Program-made: the position numbers and the translations under genes
Assembly (NCBI RefSeq): GCF_003945235.1
Contig: NZ_RSDW01000001.1
Span: forward strand, 840,001 to 872,000
Direction of reading: 5' to 3'
Length of the DNA: 32,000 bases
Source of the DNA: Edaphobacter aggregans
GTDB lineage: Bacteria; Acidobacteriota; Terriglobia; Terriglobales; Acidobacteriaceae
The notes under the pieces: generated by a model
Seen by the model: the letters and a program-made list of their open reading frames with translations, nothing else
What the model was told of the DNA's origin: nothing
Database searches by the model: none
Part shown: positions 1 through 8,754 of the stretch, piece after piece
Position numbering within the stretch: position 1 is the first letter of the stretch
How the letters are laid out: every line of letters begins with the position of its first letter

Positions 1-1
1 A

Positions 2-552
2 TGGCGAACCCTCAACACCGACTTCTCCAATTACTATCTGACCCGCGCTTCGACACAGCTTCCGTGGCGGCGGATAGTCCTCATCAACGTGTTTGAAATG
101 TCTTTCCTACCGAACGGAGATCTCATATTCACCGCAAGCTTAGGGAGACGGCCAGGCTTATTCACCACCGATCAGGCAGGAAGCATCAGATCCCTCGGCA
201 TGGATGACGGTCGCTATCCTTCCGTCTCGCCAGACGGCCATTGGCTCGCATCCAGCCACCTGCAGAGCGGAAACTAGAATCTTTGGCTCCGCAATCTGGA
301 CGGGCGGCCAAACGCACAGATTCACCGCCCCCCTGCAACAATATCGAACCCACCTGGACCACCGACTCGCAAACCTTGATTTACGCCAGCGACTGCGGGC
401 GAGCCCTTTGGTTTACCATACTTTGCAGACGCAACATCAACGGCGACAGTCCGGATTCGCATACTAAATCTGCAGAGACCTCCGCTGCCGAAGTTACCGC
501 ACCGAACCACACCATTCCCGTCGCCCTTGACTCCACCCCAATCCGCCATTAA
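2..552 (+). pseudogene. 3' portion of a TolB/WD40-like beta-propeller repeat gene, disrupted by an in-frame TAG at 275-277 and a frame change around 296-330
   Basis: Frame 2 is open from the window edge (..FLPNGDLIFTA..RYPSVSPDGHWLASSHLQSGN*) and continues NLWLRNLDG after the stop. The TAG sits where this repeat type normally has Trp (SGNW-x-LW), consistent with TGG>TAG. The family-like continuation CNNIEPTWTTDSQTLIYASDCGRALWF is in frame 1 and ends at TAA 550-552. Confidence 0.5.
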
Positions 553-741
553 GCTTTAAGCAATGGCGATTCTCCGCACCTTGCGCTCCTCAGCCTGTCG
601 CATGTGTTGTTGCGACCCTGTGCGCCGTCGCCTTTGCCTCGATTCGTAGACTTCCAAGTCCCGAACATCCCAGCAAAGTCACACAGCGCCCACCTACCCA
701 GTGGGCCTTTCTTATTTCTGGCCGACCCAAAGGATTCCATC

Positions 742-2466
742 ATGTCCACCACACCAGCACCGGTAGTCAAAGAAACCAAGGCCCAGCGCTCCGAACGCCT
801 CAAGCTCGCCAAAAATCCCTGGGAAGCCTGGGACGAGGTCCGCGAGTTCGCCCGCAACGGCCGCGACACCGTACTGCCCGAATGGACCGGCCTCTACTTC
901 AAGTGGTGGGGCGTCTACACCCAGGGCGACGGCCTCGGTGTCACCGGCGGAGCCAACGGCGAAGGCAAAGCCACCGAGTTTTTCATGATGCGCATCGGCC
1001 TCCCCAACGGCATTCTCACCAGTGAGCAGACCCGCGTCATCGGCCAGCTCACCAAAAAGTACGCCCGCAACCTCGCCGACATTACCACCCGCCAGAACAT
1101 CCAGCTCCACTGGCTCACCCTCTCCGGACTCGTCGAAGTAGTCGACGCCCTCACCGCCGTCGGCCTCTCTCCCAAGGGAGCCTGCGGAGACGTCGTCCGC
1201 AACGTCACCGGCTGCCCCCTCGCTGGACTCGACCACACCGAACTCATCGACTCCAGCCCCCTCGCCGTCGAAATCGCCCACCACCTCACGGCAAACCCGG
1301 AGTTCTACAACCTCCCGCGCAAGTTCAAGATCTCCGTCACCGGCTGCCCCGTCTGGTGCACCTACCCCGAGATCAACGACGTAGCCCTCACCGCCATCAA
1401 GCGCACCGTCGATGGCAAGGAAGAGATCGGCTACACCCTCCGCGTAGGCGGCGGCCTCTCCACCGAGCCCCACATCGCCGAGCGCATCCCCGCCTTCATC
1501 CCGCAGGACAAGGCCCTCGAAGTCGTCACCGCCGTAGTCCGCATCTTCAAGGAGCAATCCGAGCTCCGCGAAAACCGCACCCGCGCCCGCATCAAGTACC
1601 TCTTCATGCGCCACGGCTGGACCGCCGAATCCTTCCTCGTCGCTCTCGAAGAAAAGCTCGACTACAAACTCGATCCCAACCCCGCATCCGCCGACACCGT
1701 CCCCGCCGACATCTACCGCGACCATGTCGGCATCACGTCGCAGCGCCAGCCCGGTCTCTCCTCCGTCGGAGCCTCCGTACTCAACGGACGTCTCTCAGGC
1801 GACCAGCTCATCGCCCTCGCCGACCTCGCCGACAAGTACGGCAACGGCCAGCTCCGCGCCACGATCGGCCAGAACATCCTCATCGTCAACGTCCCCGATC
1901 GCGAGACCGCGGCCCTCGTCATCGAGCTCAACACCCTCAACCTCCACGTCGACGTCTCGGCCTTCTGGCGCGGCGCCATCGCCTGCACCGGCACCGAGTT
2001 CTGTAAGCTCGCCATCGCCGAGACCAAGGGCTTCAACAAGTGGCTCGTCAACGAACTCGAAGACCGCCTCCCCGGCTTCGACCAGCAGATCCGCCTCCAC
2101 GTCACCGGCTGCACCAACTCTTGCGGTCAGCACTGGATCGCCGACATAGGCCTGGAGGGCAAAAAAATCAAGAAGGACGGCCAAATGGTCGACGCCTTCT
2201 TCTTCTGCGTAGGCGGCTCCGTCGGCAAGTACGCCCGCCCAGCCCGTCCCCTCGGCTACCGCGTAGCCGCCACCGAGGTCCCCGACGCCATCGAGCGTCT
2301 CCTCACCGGCTACCTTGCCGTCCGCACCCCCGGCGAAGACCTCCGCTCCTACTTCGACCGCACCACCGACGACACCCTCCGCGCCCAGCTAGCCGGAGCC
2401 ATCATCGATCCCGTCGAACGCGACGCCCCACCCGTAGGAGCAGGCCACCTCGCCCCCGGCGAATAA
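742..2466 (+). CDS. sir: ferredoxin-dependent sulfite/nitrite reductase hemoprotein (NirA/Sir family)
   Basis: The 620-aa ORF has siroheme/4Fe-4S Cys motifs: C-x5-C in ACTGTEFC and C-x3-C in GCTNSC. Siroheme biosynthesis genes lie downstream. I chose ATG 742 (MSTTPAP..), which has AAGGA 8 nt upstream, over the GTG 604 used in the track. Confidence 0.9.
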   Translation: MSTTPAPVVKETKAQRSERLKLAKNPWEAWDEVREFARNGRDTVLPEWTGLYFKWWGVYTQGDGLGVTGGANGEGKATEFFMMRIGLPNGILTSEQTRVIGQLTKKYARNLADITTRQNIQLHWLTLSGLVEVVDALTAVGLSPKGACGDVVRNVTGCPLAGLDHTELIDSSPLAVEIAHHLTANPEFYNLPRKFKISVTGCPVWCTYPEINDVALTAIKRTVDGKEEIGYTLRVGGGLSTEPHIAERIPAFIPQDKALEVVTAVVRIFKEQSELRENRTRARIKYLFMRHGWTAESFLVALEEKLDYKLDPNPASADTVPADIYRDHVGITSQRQPGLSSVGASVLNGRLSGDQLIALADLADKYGNGQLRATIGQNILIVNVPDRETAALVIELNTLNLHVDVSAFWRGAIACTGTEFCKLAIAETKGFNKWLVNELEDRLPGFDQQIRLHVTGCTNSCGQHWIADIGLEGKKIKKDGQMVDAFFFCVGGSVGKYARPARPLGYRVAATEVPDAIERLLTGYLAVRTPGEDLRSYFDRTTDDTLRAQLAGAIIDPVERDAPPVGAGHLAPGE

Positions 2467-2536
2467 TTTTCAAACCGACATCTGTCATCGAATTGAATAG
2501 CCTGCTTGCTATCATCAAGTTCGTTAGCAAGTTCCC

Positions 2537-3460
2537 ATGAAATTTATCTGCCTATTTTCTCTCCTTCTCTCTGCTTTGGGCTGTAACAACCGCATAACGA
2601 GTGCGCACGTACTTAGCTCAAATCATGCGACCACCTCGACCGTGAGCACGGGAAAGGAGGGAGATGCAGTATTTCCTGTCGTCGATAATGGCAAGTTTTA
2701 CGTCCTTCCCGATTACCACGCAGACGACGAGAAGGCTGTAAACCTGACGCTAACCGAACACATCGTGACCCAGGTTCGCACTGATCAGGAGTGCTGTTCT
2801 TCCGAGATAACGTTGACAGAATCGATCAACGACAAACCCACGTGGATCTTGAAAAAGAAAGCGACCCGCGCCGACATGTTCGATCGTTTCTACCGAACAG
2901 TCTCTCCAGGATGCTGCGGTTCCGCGACCCGCTATGCCTATTTTGATCTCCTTACCGGGAACCAGTCTTATATCGCCACAGAACCAATCGCATCTCTGGG
3001 ACTCGTAGGGAGCTTCACACTCTCGCGCTATCTCGCTCTTAACCGTTTGAGTGAGCCAGGTGACGAGTTGTTCGTCCTTCAAATTCAGTACGGTCCGCAA
3101 TCCGGCCCGAGCCAGATCGCATACCTTACCCGTTCTGGCGAAGACATTGCAGCCGACTCCACCACCGTGCAGTACTTCAAAGACGGAAAACTCGAACCAA
3201 GCACAATATCGGGGCAGGACGGAACATTTCCAATTGATTTCATCCTGTTCCCTCCCGGATATCCGTCCAATACTCATGTCTCCAAAGACGATATAAACGG
3301 ATTGTCATTCGTACTCAATGTAGAGGGCAGCCATCTCATTAAAATTCCCTTGATCAAAGACCATCTCGACTTCAGTCACGCCGTACTTCCAAAGGGCTTC
3401 CAGATTAGCGAAGCTTTGCCTGCTGGCTTCGAAAAATATCTTCAGGAAATTCGTCAATAA
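2537..3460 (+). CDS. hypothetical lipoprotein (signal peptide ending LSALGC)
   Basis: The 307-aa ORF has an N-terminus MKFICLFSLLLSALGCNN that resembles a lipoprotein signal with a lipobox Cys. It contains two CC pairs (QECCSSE, SPGCCGS). I recognise no family. GC and codon usage are visibly lower than in both flanking genes. Confidence 0.6.
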   Translation: MKFICLFSLLLSALGCNNRITSAHVLSSNHATTSTVSTGKEGDAVFPVVDNGKFYVLPDYHADDEKAVNLTLTEHIVTQVRTDQECCSSEITLTESINDKPTWILKKKATRADMFDRFYRTVSPGCCGSATRYAYFDLLTGNQSYIATEPIASLGLVGSFTLSRYLALNRLSEPGDELFVLQIQYGPQSGPSQIAYLTRSGEDIAADSTTVQYFKDGKLEPSTISGQDGTFPIDFILFPPGYPSNTHVSKDDINGLSFVLNVEGSHLIKIPLIKDHLDFSHAVLPKGFQISEALPAGFEKYLQEIRQ

Positions 3461-3866
3461 CCGTCCCTTGTCTCTTCTGCGAGGGGTGCCCCACTGGCGC
3501 ATACAAATCTTTTCTAACCCAGCCCCTCTGCACCCACACCTTGTAACTCCTGTCAAGCCCCCAAACTCTAGTCCATCACAAATCCCCAACAAAGACGTAC
3601 CCTTCCTCACCCCACAAACTTTGCCGAATCACCCTCATTCAACTCGTACAATAGAAGTAGCTACCAAGACAGCGAAGAATCGGAGGCTCCGCTGTCGACC
3701 ACCCATAACTACCCTGAATCGAATACTTTGCAGAACACGGACCCAGTAAAATCAGGACTTCCAGACCTGAACCAACTCGAAACCCAGACTTAACTATAAT
3801 ATTTAGAATACTTTACGCGAAAGCAAGGGGATGGGGCACCCTGTCCATCCAAACCGGAGAACCAAG

Positions 3867-4511
3867 ATGAGCCTCTTCCCGATCTTCCTAAAACTAACCG
3901 GCCGCCCCTGCATCGTCATCGGCGCAGGCCACCTCGCCGAGTCGAAGATCGAGTCCCTCCAGGCTGCCTCCGCCAGCATCACCGTCATAGCCCCGCAAGC
4001 CAGCCAGCACATCCTCGACTGGGCCGCATCCAGCGAGATCCAATACCACCCCCGCCCCTACCAACAAGGCGATCTCGCAGGAAATTTCCTCGTCGTAGCC
4101 GCCACCAACGATCCCGCCGTCAACCGAGCCGTCTTCGCCGAAGCCACCGAAAAAGGCGTCCTCTGCAATGCCGTCGACGACCCCCCCTTCTGCGACTTCT
4201 ACTTTCCTTCCGTAGTCCGCCGCGGAGACCTCCAGATCGCCATCTCCACCGCCGGAGCCAGCCCCGCCCTCGCCCAGCAACTCCGCAAAGACCTTAACAC
4301 CCAACTCCCCCTCGACCTCGGAGACTGGCTCACCAACCTCGGGAACCTCCGCCGCGAAGTAGTGGCCGCCGAACCCCTCAACGAATCCCGCCGCCTCCTG
4401 CTCCATCAGCTAGCCCAACGCGAAGTCTGCGGCTACGACCAGTGCCCCTCCCGCCAGCTAGCCCGCGAACACGCCCGCACCAACCCAATCCAACTCGAGA
4501 AAAAATCGTGA
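3867..4511 (+). CDS. siroheme synthase N-terminal-type protein (precorrin-2 dehydrogenase / sirohydrochlorin ferrochelatase, CysG-N/Met8-like)
   Basis: MSLFPIFLKLTGRPCIVIGAGHLAESKIESL is the typical CysG N-terminal Rossmann motif. ATG 3867 is preceded by GGAG. The stop overlaps the cobA start (GTGA). Confidence 0.85.
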   Translation: MSLFPIFLKLTGRPCIVIGAGHLAESKIESLQAASASITVIAPQASQHILDWAASSEIQYHPRPYQQGDLAGNFLVVAATNDPAVNRAVFAEATEKGVLCNAVDDPPFCDFYFPSVVRRGDLQIAISTAGASPALAQQLRKDLNTQLPLDLGDWLTNLGNLRREVVAAEPLNESRRLLLHQLAQREVCGYDQCPSRQLAREHARTNPIQLEKKS

Positions 4512-5242
4512 GCACCGAAGCCCAACCCGGCACCGTCTATCTCGCAGGAGCAGGCCCCGGCGATCCTAATCTCCTCACCCTCCGCACCGTCCAACTCCTT
4601 CAAACCGCAGACGTCATCCTCCCCGACGACCTCGTCACCGACGAAATCCTGGCCCTCGCCAGCCCCACAGCCGAGATCATCCCAGTCGGCAAACGCTGCG
4701 GCCAGCCACGCATCACGCAAGCCGGTATCCACGCCCTCATGCTCGAGCACGCCGAGAACGGCAGCTCCGTCCTGCGCCTCAAATCCGGCGACCCCCTCAT
4801 CTTCGGCCGCGCCAGCGAAGAAATGGCCTTCCTCCGCGAGCACAACATTCCTTTCGAGATCATCCCCGGCATCACCGCAGCCTTCGCTGTAGCGGCCACC
4901 CTCCAGACCCCCCTGACCGATCGCAGCGCCGCCTCAAAACTCATCCTGGCCACAGCCCACCATGCTGCCGGCAAACTCGAAGTCACCCCCAAGTGGACCG
5001 GAGCCTTTCCCGAGGACGCCACCCTCGTCATCTACATGCCCGGCCGCCACTTTCGCGCCCTCGCCGACGATCTCATCGCCTCCGGCATCGCCCCCGAAAC
5101 CCCATGCGTAGCCGTCAGCAAAGCCACCACCCCTCAAGAAAAAGTGCACGCAACCACCCTGCACCAACTCACCGACGACGCCGTAGGCCCGGCCCCAGTC
5201 GTCCTCCTCATCGGCCACGCCATCCAGCCGCTCACCACCTGA
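4508..5242 (+). CDS. cobA: uroporphyrinogen-III C-methyltransferase
   Basis: VYLAGAGPGDPNLLTLR is the SAM-dependent tetrapyrrole methylase signature. GTG 4508 overlaps the upstream TGA (4509-4511), which suggests translational coupling. Confidence 0.9.
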   Translation: MSTEAQPGTVYLAGAGPGDPNLLTLRTVQLLQTADVILPDDLVTDEILALASPTAEIIPVGKRCGQPRITQAGIHALMLEHAENGSSVLRLKSGDPLIFGRASEEMAFLREHNIPFEIIPGITAAFAVAATLQTPLTDRSAASKLILATAHHAAGKLEVTPKWTGAFPEDATLVIYMPGRHFRALADDLIASGIAPETPCVAVSKATTPQEKVHATTLHQLTDDAVGPAPVVLLIGHAIQPLTT

Positions 5243-5260
5243 CAACGCAAAAACGTGGCC

Positions 5261-7095
5261 TCAGTGATGCTCTCTCGGAACAGCCGCAGCACGCCCAACC
5301 GTGACGCTGACCGGCGCCGACGCTGCACCTTCTCCATTCGAATTCGAAGCGGAACCACAAAATACGTAGTCCCCTTCTCCGCCGGAATCCCGGTAAACCC
5401 AGGCGAAGTCAGTCCACTAACAATCGTCTGAAACGGCCCATTCGCGCTGGTCGAAGCTGCAACCCGATACGTCCGCGCCCCCGCAACCGCAGCCCACGTC
5501 ACAGAAACCGCATCATCCGCAACATCGGCACTCACCCCCGCAGGAGCCCCAACCCTGAGCCCACCTGGCAGCAGCCCATACACACAAAACTGCCCAGTTC
5601 CGACATTCTCCGTACCAAAACTTGCAAGATAAACCTTCCCATTCGCAATCGTTGGCGGAGCCATCTTCGAATAATTGCCGCAGTCATCATGCACCGGATT
5701 CTGCAGCGAGTTCCAAAGCTCCCGCTGAATATCATCCGCATCGTAAGCATGCAGAACGCCCGGCCTCGACTCATGCCACGAATCCCCCGTCGCATGAATC
5801 GCCGCCCACAAAATCCCATCCCTCGAACCATTCGCCGACAGCGACAGCATCGCCCCGGGATGCCCTTCGTTCACCTCCGGACGCGTCATGACAGGAGTCT
5901 CTTCAAGCCTGCCCCCCGTCAACCGATACACACGAGCCTTATCCCGCTGCCCCCACACAAAGAGCAACTCGCCCCGCTTGGCACTCTTCCAATACACAAG
6001 GCTATGTAGATGCGAAGCCGTCGCCTGAAAGTGCTGCACCGCATGCTCATCACCGAGATGCCCAAGCGCACCCGTATTGAGCACATAGAGCACGCCCTCT
6101 TTACCGCCTCCCATGACAAGCCGTGTGCCCGGAATCAACGTAGCTCCAGACGAATTGAGATCGATGTCCTTCTCATCCAGAAGCTCATGATTAGTCGGCG
6201 TAAACCAATCGAGAAGCTTCAACTGCGGATCGAATTTAAGAAAGCTCTCGCTGAAATTCGCCGCACCATCCCAGTTACCATTGCCGGTCACAGCATAGAT
6301 ATTGCCCTGCTCATCAACTGCCGGAGCCTGCCCCGACTGCCAGATGCTCGCACCCTCACCCGTTGGAGACGTATTAAAAACCGCCGTCTGTTGCAGCGAC
6401 TTCGCATCATAAGCCATCAGGAAGCCGTGATACGGTCCCTTATCGCAGTGCGACGCATACCCAACAACCACCGAACCACCCGTAAGCAACAGAGCAGGAC
6501 GCTGATTCTGCAGCAACGCATCGAACCCCGGAGCCGCAATTACAACAGGACTATTCGCAAGATCTGCTCCCGTCGCAATATCCAACGCATGAAGCCTCTG
6601 GATAAAGCCATCTCCCACCCTCGTCAACGCCACCACATACAGCGTCTCACTCTCCACATCAATCACCGGCGTGCCGATAATCCCCATCTTGCCATTGATG
6701 TCGAGACACCCGAACTTCGCATCATGCAGATTCGCCGGCGTGCCAAAGTTCACATGCCAGATAGGCGCAGCCGCACTCTCATCATTCGCATCGAAAGCAT
6801 AGACGCTGTTATTCACCGTCGTCACATAGACAACGTCATGCGTACCACCAATCTTCACGTTCGACACATAAAGCGGCTGGCCATAGACCTGATCATCGAC
6901 AACGCGCTTGAACAGCATCCCAAACTGCTTCACATTCACATTCGCAGGAGTAAGCACTGTCTCCTGGAGATTAGCTCCCGTCCGCAGTCTGTCATTGTGC
7001 TGCGTGAGAACGTTGACTTGCCCCCATCCCGAAGAAGACGCCATCCCCACCGTTGCAAAGACAATCAGCCCACGCCAATAGCGCTTTAGATTCAT
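5261..7095 (-). CDS. secreted PQQ-like/BamB-like beta-propeller protein with a C-terminal fibronectin-III-like domain; the 3' end appears frameshifted
   Basis: The protein has a signal peptide (MNLKRYWRGLIVFATVGMASSSGWGQ) and propeller-type repeats (VVYVTTVNNSVYAFDA, LYVVAL, IYAVTGNG). The FN3-like end reads ..VTWAAVAGARTYRV..GTTYFVV. After about 5350-5358 the family-typical ending SASNSNGEGAASAPVSVTVG..HH* is in another frame and stops at 5261-5263. The track ORF instead runs on to 5134, overlapping cobA. Confidence 0.75.
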
Positions 7096-7244
7096 TCTCT
7101 TTCCATCTCCATTCCCAGCGCGTCAAGGCCCCCGCACGCCAGAAAATTATAGCTGCGCTTATCGCCTTTCCTAACCTTTCCGCTCATCCATACCAACCAT
7201 TCGCCGATAAGGAAAAGAGCAGCGATCTAAGGAGACCGAAAAGC

Positions 7245-7748
7245 GTGAGCCTGGAATTGATCGACGAAACAATACAGAGTGCCTTCCTCTCACCCATCAC
7301 CGACACCGCAACCCTCGATCAGAGCGTCGAAGAGGTTCTCGGCCTCATGCTCGGCGTCCCCGTCAGCGTGGCTGAAAATACCGTCGCCGAATCCGACTCA
7401 GTTACCCTAACCGCTGTCATCGGCCTCGCCGGAGCGCTCAGCGGCGCCTATACCGTTCTCGTCCCATCAGAAGCCGCGATGCAAATGACGGCCTGCATGG
7501 CTGGCATCGAGATTACCTCCGTCGACGAGACCGTCATCGACGGCCTGGGCGAGATCACCAACATGCTCGCAGGAGCATGGAAATCCAAGATCGCCACCCT
7601 CAATGCCGCCTGCCTCCTCTCGGTTCCCACCGTCGTCACCGGCACCCAGTACGAGGTTCACAAGCGCACCTCTTCCTTCCGCCTCTCTCGCAGCTACCGA
7701 TTCAACGATTCGCTCTTCACTGTCAGCATCTATGGCGAAAACCCATAG
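7245..7748 (+). CDS. CheX-like (chemotaxis phosphatase family) protein
   Basis: The pattern ..VIGLAGALSGAYTVLVP..DGLGEITNMLAGAWKS..LSVPTVVTG matches the CheX-family layout. GTG 7245 has AAGGAG (7229-7234) 10 nt upstream, so the longer track ORF from 7053 is unlikely. Confidence 0.75.
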   Translation: MSLELIDETIQSAFLSPITDTATLDQSVEEVLGLMLGVPVSVAENTVAESDSVTLTAVIGLAGALSGAYTVLVPSEAAMQMTACMAGIEITSVDETVIDGLGEITNMLAGAWKSKIATLNAACLLSVPTVVTGTQYEVHKRTSSFRLSRSYRFNDSLFTVSIYGENP

Positions 7749-7800
7749 CTAAAATGACACGGCAAGCTCCTTCCTTCGTTGTAATCACCCACCTCCAAAA

Positions 7801-7829
7801 TTGACACCGGACGAGCAGCGGCGCATGAT
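7801..7829 (+). promoter_or_regulatory. candidate sigma70-type promoter (TTGACA, 17-nt spacer, CATGAT)
   Basis: TTGACA lies at 7801-7806 and CATGAT at 7824-7829, about 75 nt upstream of ATG 7905, in the intergenic region. Confidence 0.3.
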
Positions 7830-7904
7830 GATTTTGTCCTTGCGACCTCTTCGTCGGACCGACCGGCCCCCTGACAAACAATTCAGTTTCAGGAGCGCGT
7901 CCAC

Positions 7905-8642
7905 ATGTATCGAGACACCGCACGAATCTATTCCGTCCAACCCACCGCTAGCGCGCCCCAAGCCAATAAAGGTCGCATTCTTCTGATCGCCGCTACAGTT
8001 CTTGCAACGACCGTGCCTGCAATCGCACAAGCAGGCGGAGATCTCCAGCAGAAACTAGCGGCAGTGAAACAATCGGCTGCCGAGAACCAGCAAAAGCTGC
8101 ACAAATATCAATGGACGGAGACCACCCAGCTAAACCTCAAAGGCGAGGATAGACCCCCGACTCAATCGATGTGCCAGTACGGCCCTGACGGGAAGGTACA
8201 GAAGACCCCCATGAGCGCCCCGCCACCACCGCCAACCGGAGGGAGACTCAAGCAGAGGGTAGTCGAGAAGAAGAAAGAAGAGATGAAGGATTACATGGGA
8301 CAGGTAAAGACCCTGCTCGCCATGTACGTCCCGCCCGATCCCCAGCGCATGCAACAAGCCTTCCAATCCGGCAAAGCCTCACCTAGGGGCGCGGGAGGAA
8401 TCATATTCAAAGATTACGCTCTACCCGGCGACCAAATGACGATCTCTTTTGACCCTGAGGCTAAGAAAATCAGCTCGGTGAACGTCAACACTTACATGGA
8501 CGATCCGAAAGACATCGTCACACTGGCAGTACAGTTCGCCCAGCTGCCCGACGGCACCAACCATGTACAACAAAGTGTTCTAGACGCGACCGCCAAGCAA
8601 CTCAAGGTGACAACCACAAACACCAACTACCACCCAATCTGA
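7905..8642 (+). CDS. hypothetical secreted protein
   Basis: The 245-aa ORF has AGGAG (7891-7895) 9 nt upstream of the ATG. There is a hydrophobic signal-like segment ILLIAATVLATTVPAIAQA and a poly-Pro stretch (SAPPPPPTGG). I recognise no family. Confidence 0.7.
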   Translation: MYRDTARIYSVQPTASAPQANKGRILLIAATVLATTVPAIAQAGGDLQQKLAAVKQSAAENQQKLHKYQWTETTQLNLKGEDRPPTQSMCQYGPDGKVQKTPMSAPPPPPTGGRLKQRVVEKKKEEMKDYMGQVKTLLAMYVPPDPQRMQQAFQSGKASPRGAGGIIFKDYALPGDQMTISFDPEAKKISSVNVNTYMDDPKDIVTLAVQFAQLPDGTNHVQQSVLDATAKQLKVTTTNTNYHPI

Positions 8643-8726
8643 GCCTATTGACATCCATCTCTCAACCAGATTTATCCGCAGTCGCCTCCAATGGAAGCAC
8701 CGGTGCAGACCGATGTTAAGCCCTCA

Positions 8727-8741
8727 TCTCTGCTAGCATCG
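8727..8741 (+). promoter_or_regulatory. conserved 15-mer CTCTGCTAGCATCGA (extended -10-like TGnTAnnnT) just upstream of gltX
   Basis: An identical 15-mer recurs at 18806-18820 upstream of kdsD. Both copies end 13-15 nt before the start codon. Confidence 0.3.
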
Positions 8742-8754
8742 AAGTTTGGCCACC

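Noticed and set aside
604-741. A GTG-initiated N-terminal extension of sir adds 46 aa.
   Set aside because: The extension has no family-like sequence, and ATG 742 has a better-placed AAGGA. This is not fully excluded.
712-1725. A long antisense ORF (337 aa, Gly/Ala/Val/Asp-rich) lies opposite sir. Similar antisense or off-frame ORFs occur at 1356-2006, 1724-2149, 2040-2540, 3894-4406, 8716-9510, 11687-12376, 11973-12581, 12667-13479, 15636-16391, 16319-16972, 17059-17664, 22928-23656, 24673-25272 and 25508-26086.
   Set aside because: These are typical stop-poor shadow ORFs of GC-rich coding DNA. Their composition is low-complexity and Arg/Pro/Gly/Ala-rich. Each is fully overlapped by a gene with clear family motifs on the other strand or frame, and none has an SD sequence.
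3795-3800. A perfect TATAAT hexamer lies 67 nt upstream of the CysG-N start.
   Set aside because: There is no acceptable -35 at a 16-18 nt spacing. I mention it under the insertion finding but do not call it as a promoter feature.
5134-5260. A 3' extension of the propeller-gene ORF overlaps cobA by 109 nt.
   Set aside because: It is a product of reading through a probable 1-nt frameshift. The alternative frame gives a family-typical FN3 ending and a stop at 5261-5263.
6010-7089. A 359-aa plus-strand ORF lies opposite the propeller gene.
   Set aside because: The Arg/Ile/His-rich product is nonsensical, and the ORF is antisense to a gene with a clear signal peptide and propeller repeats.
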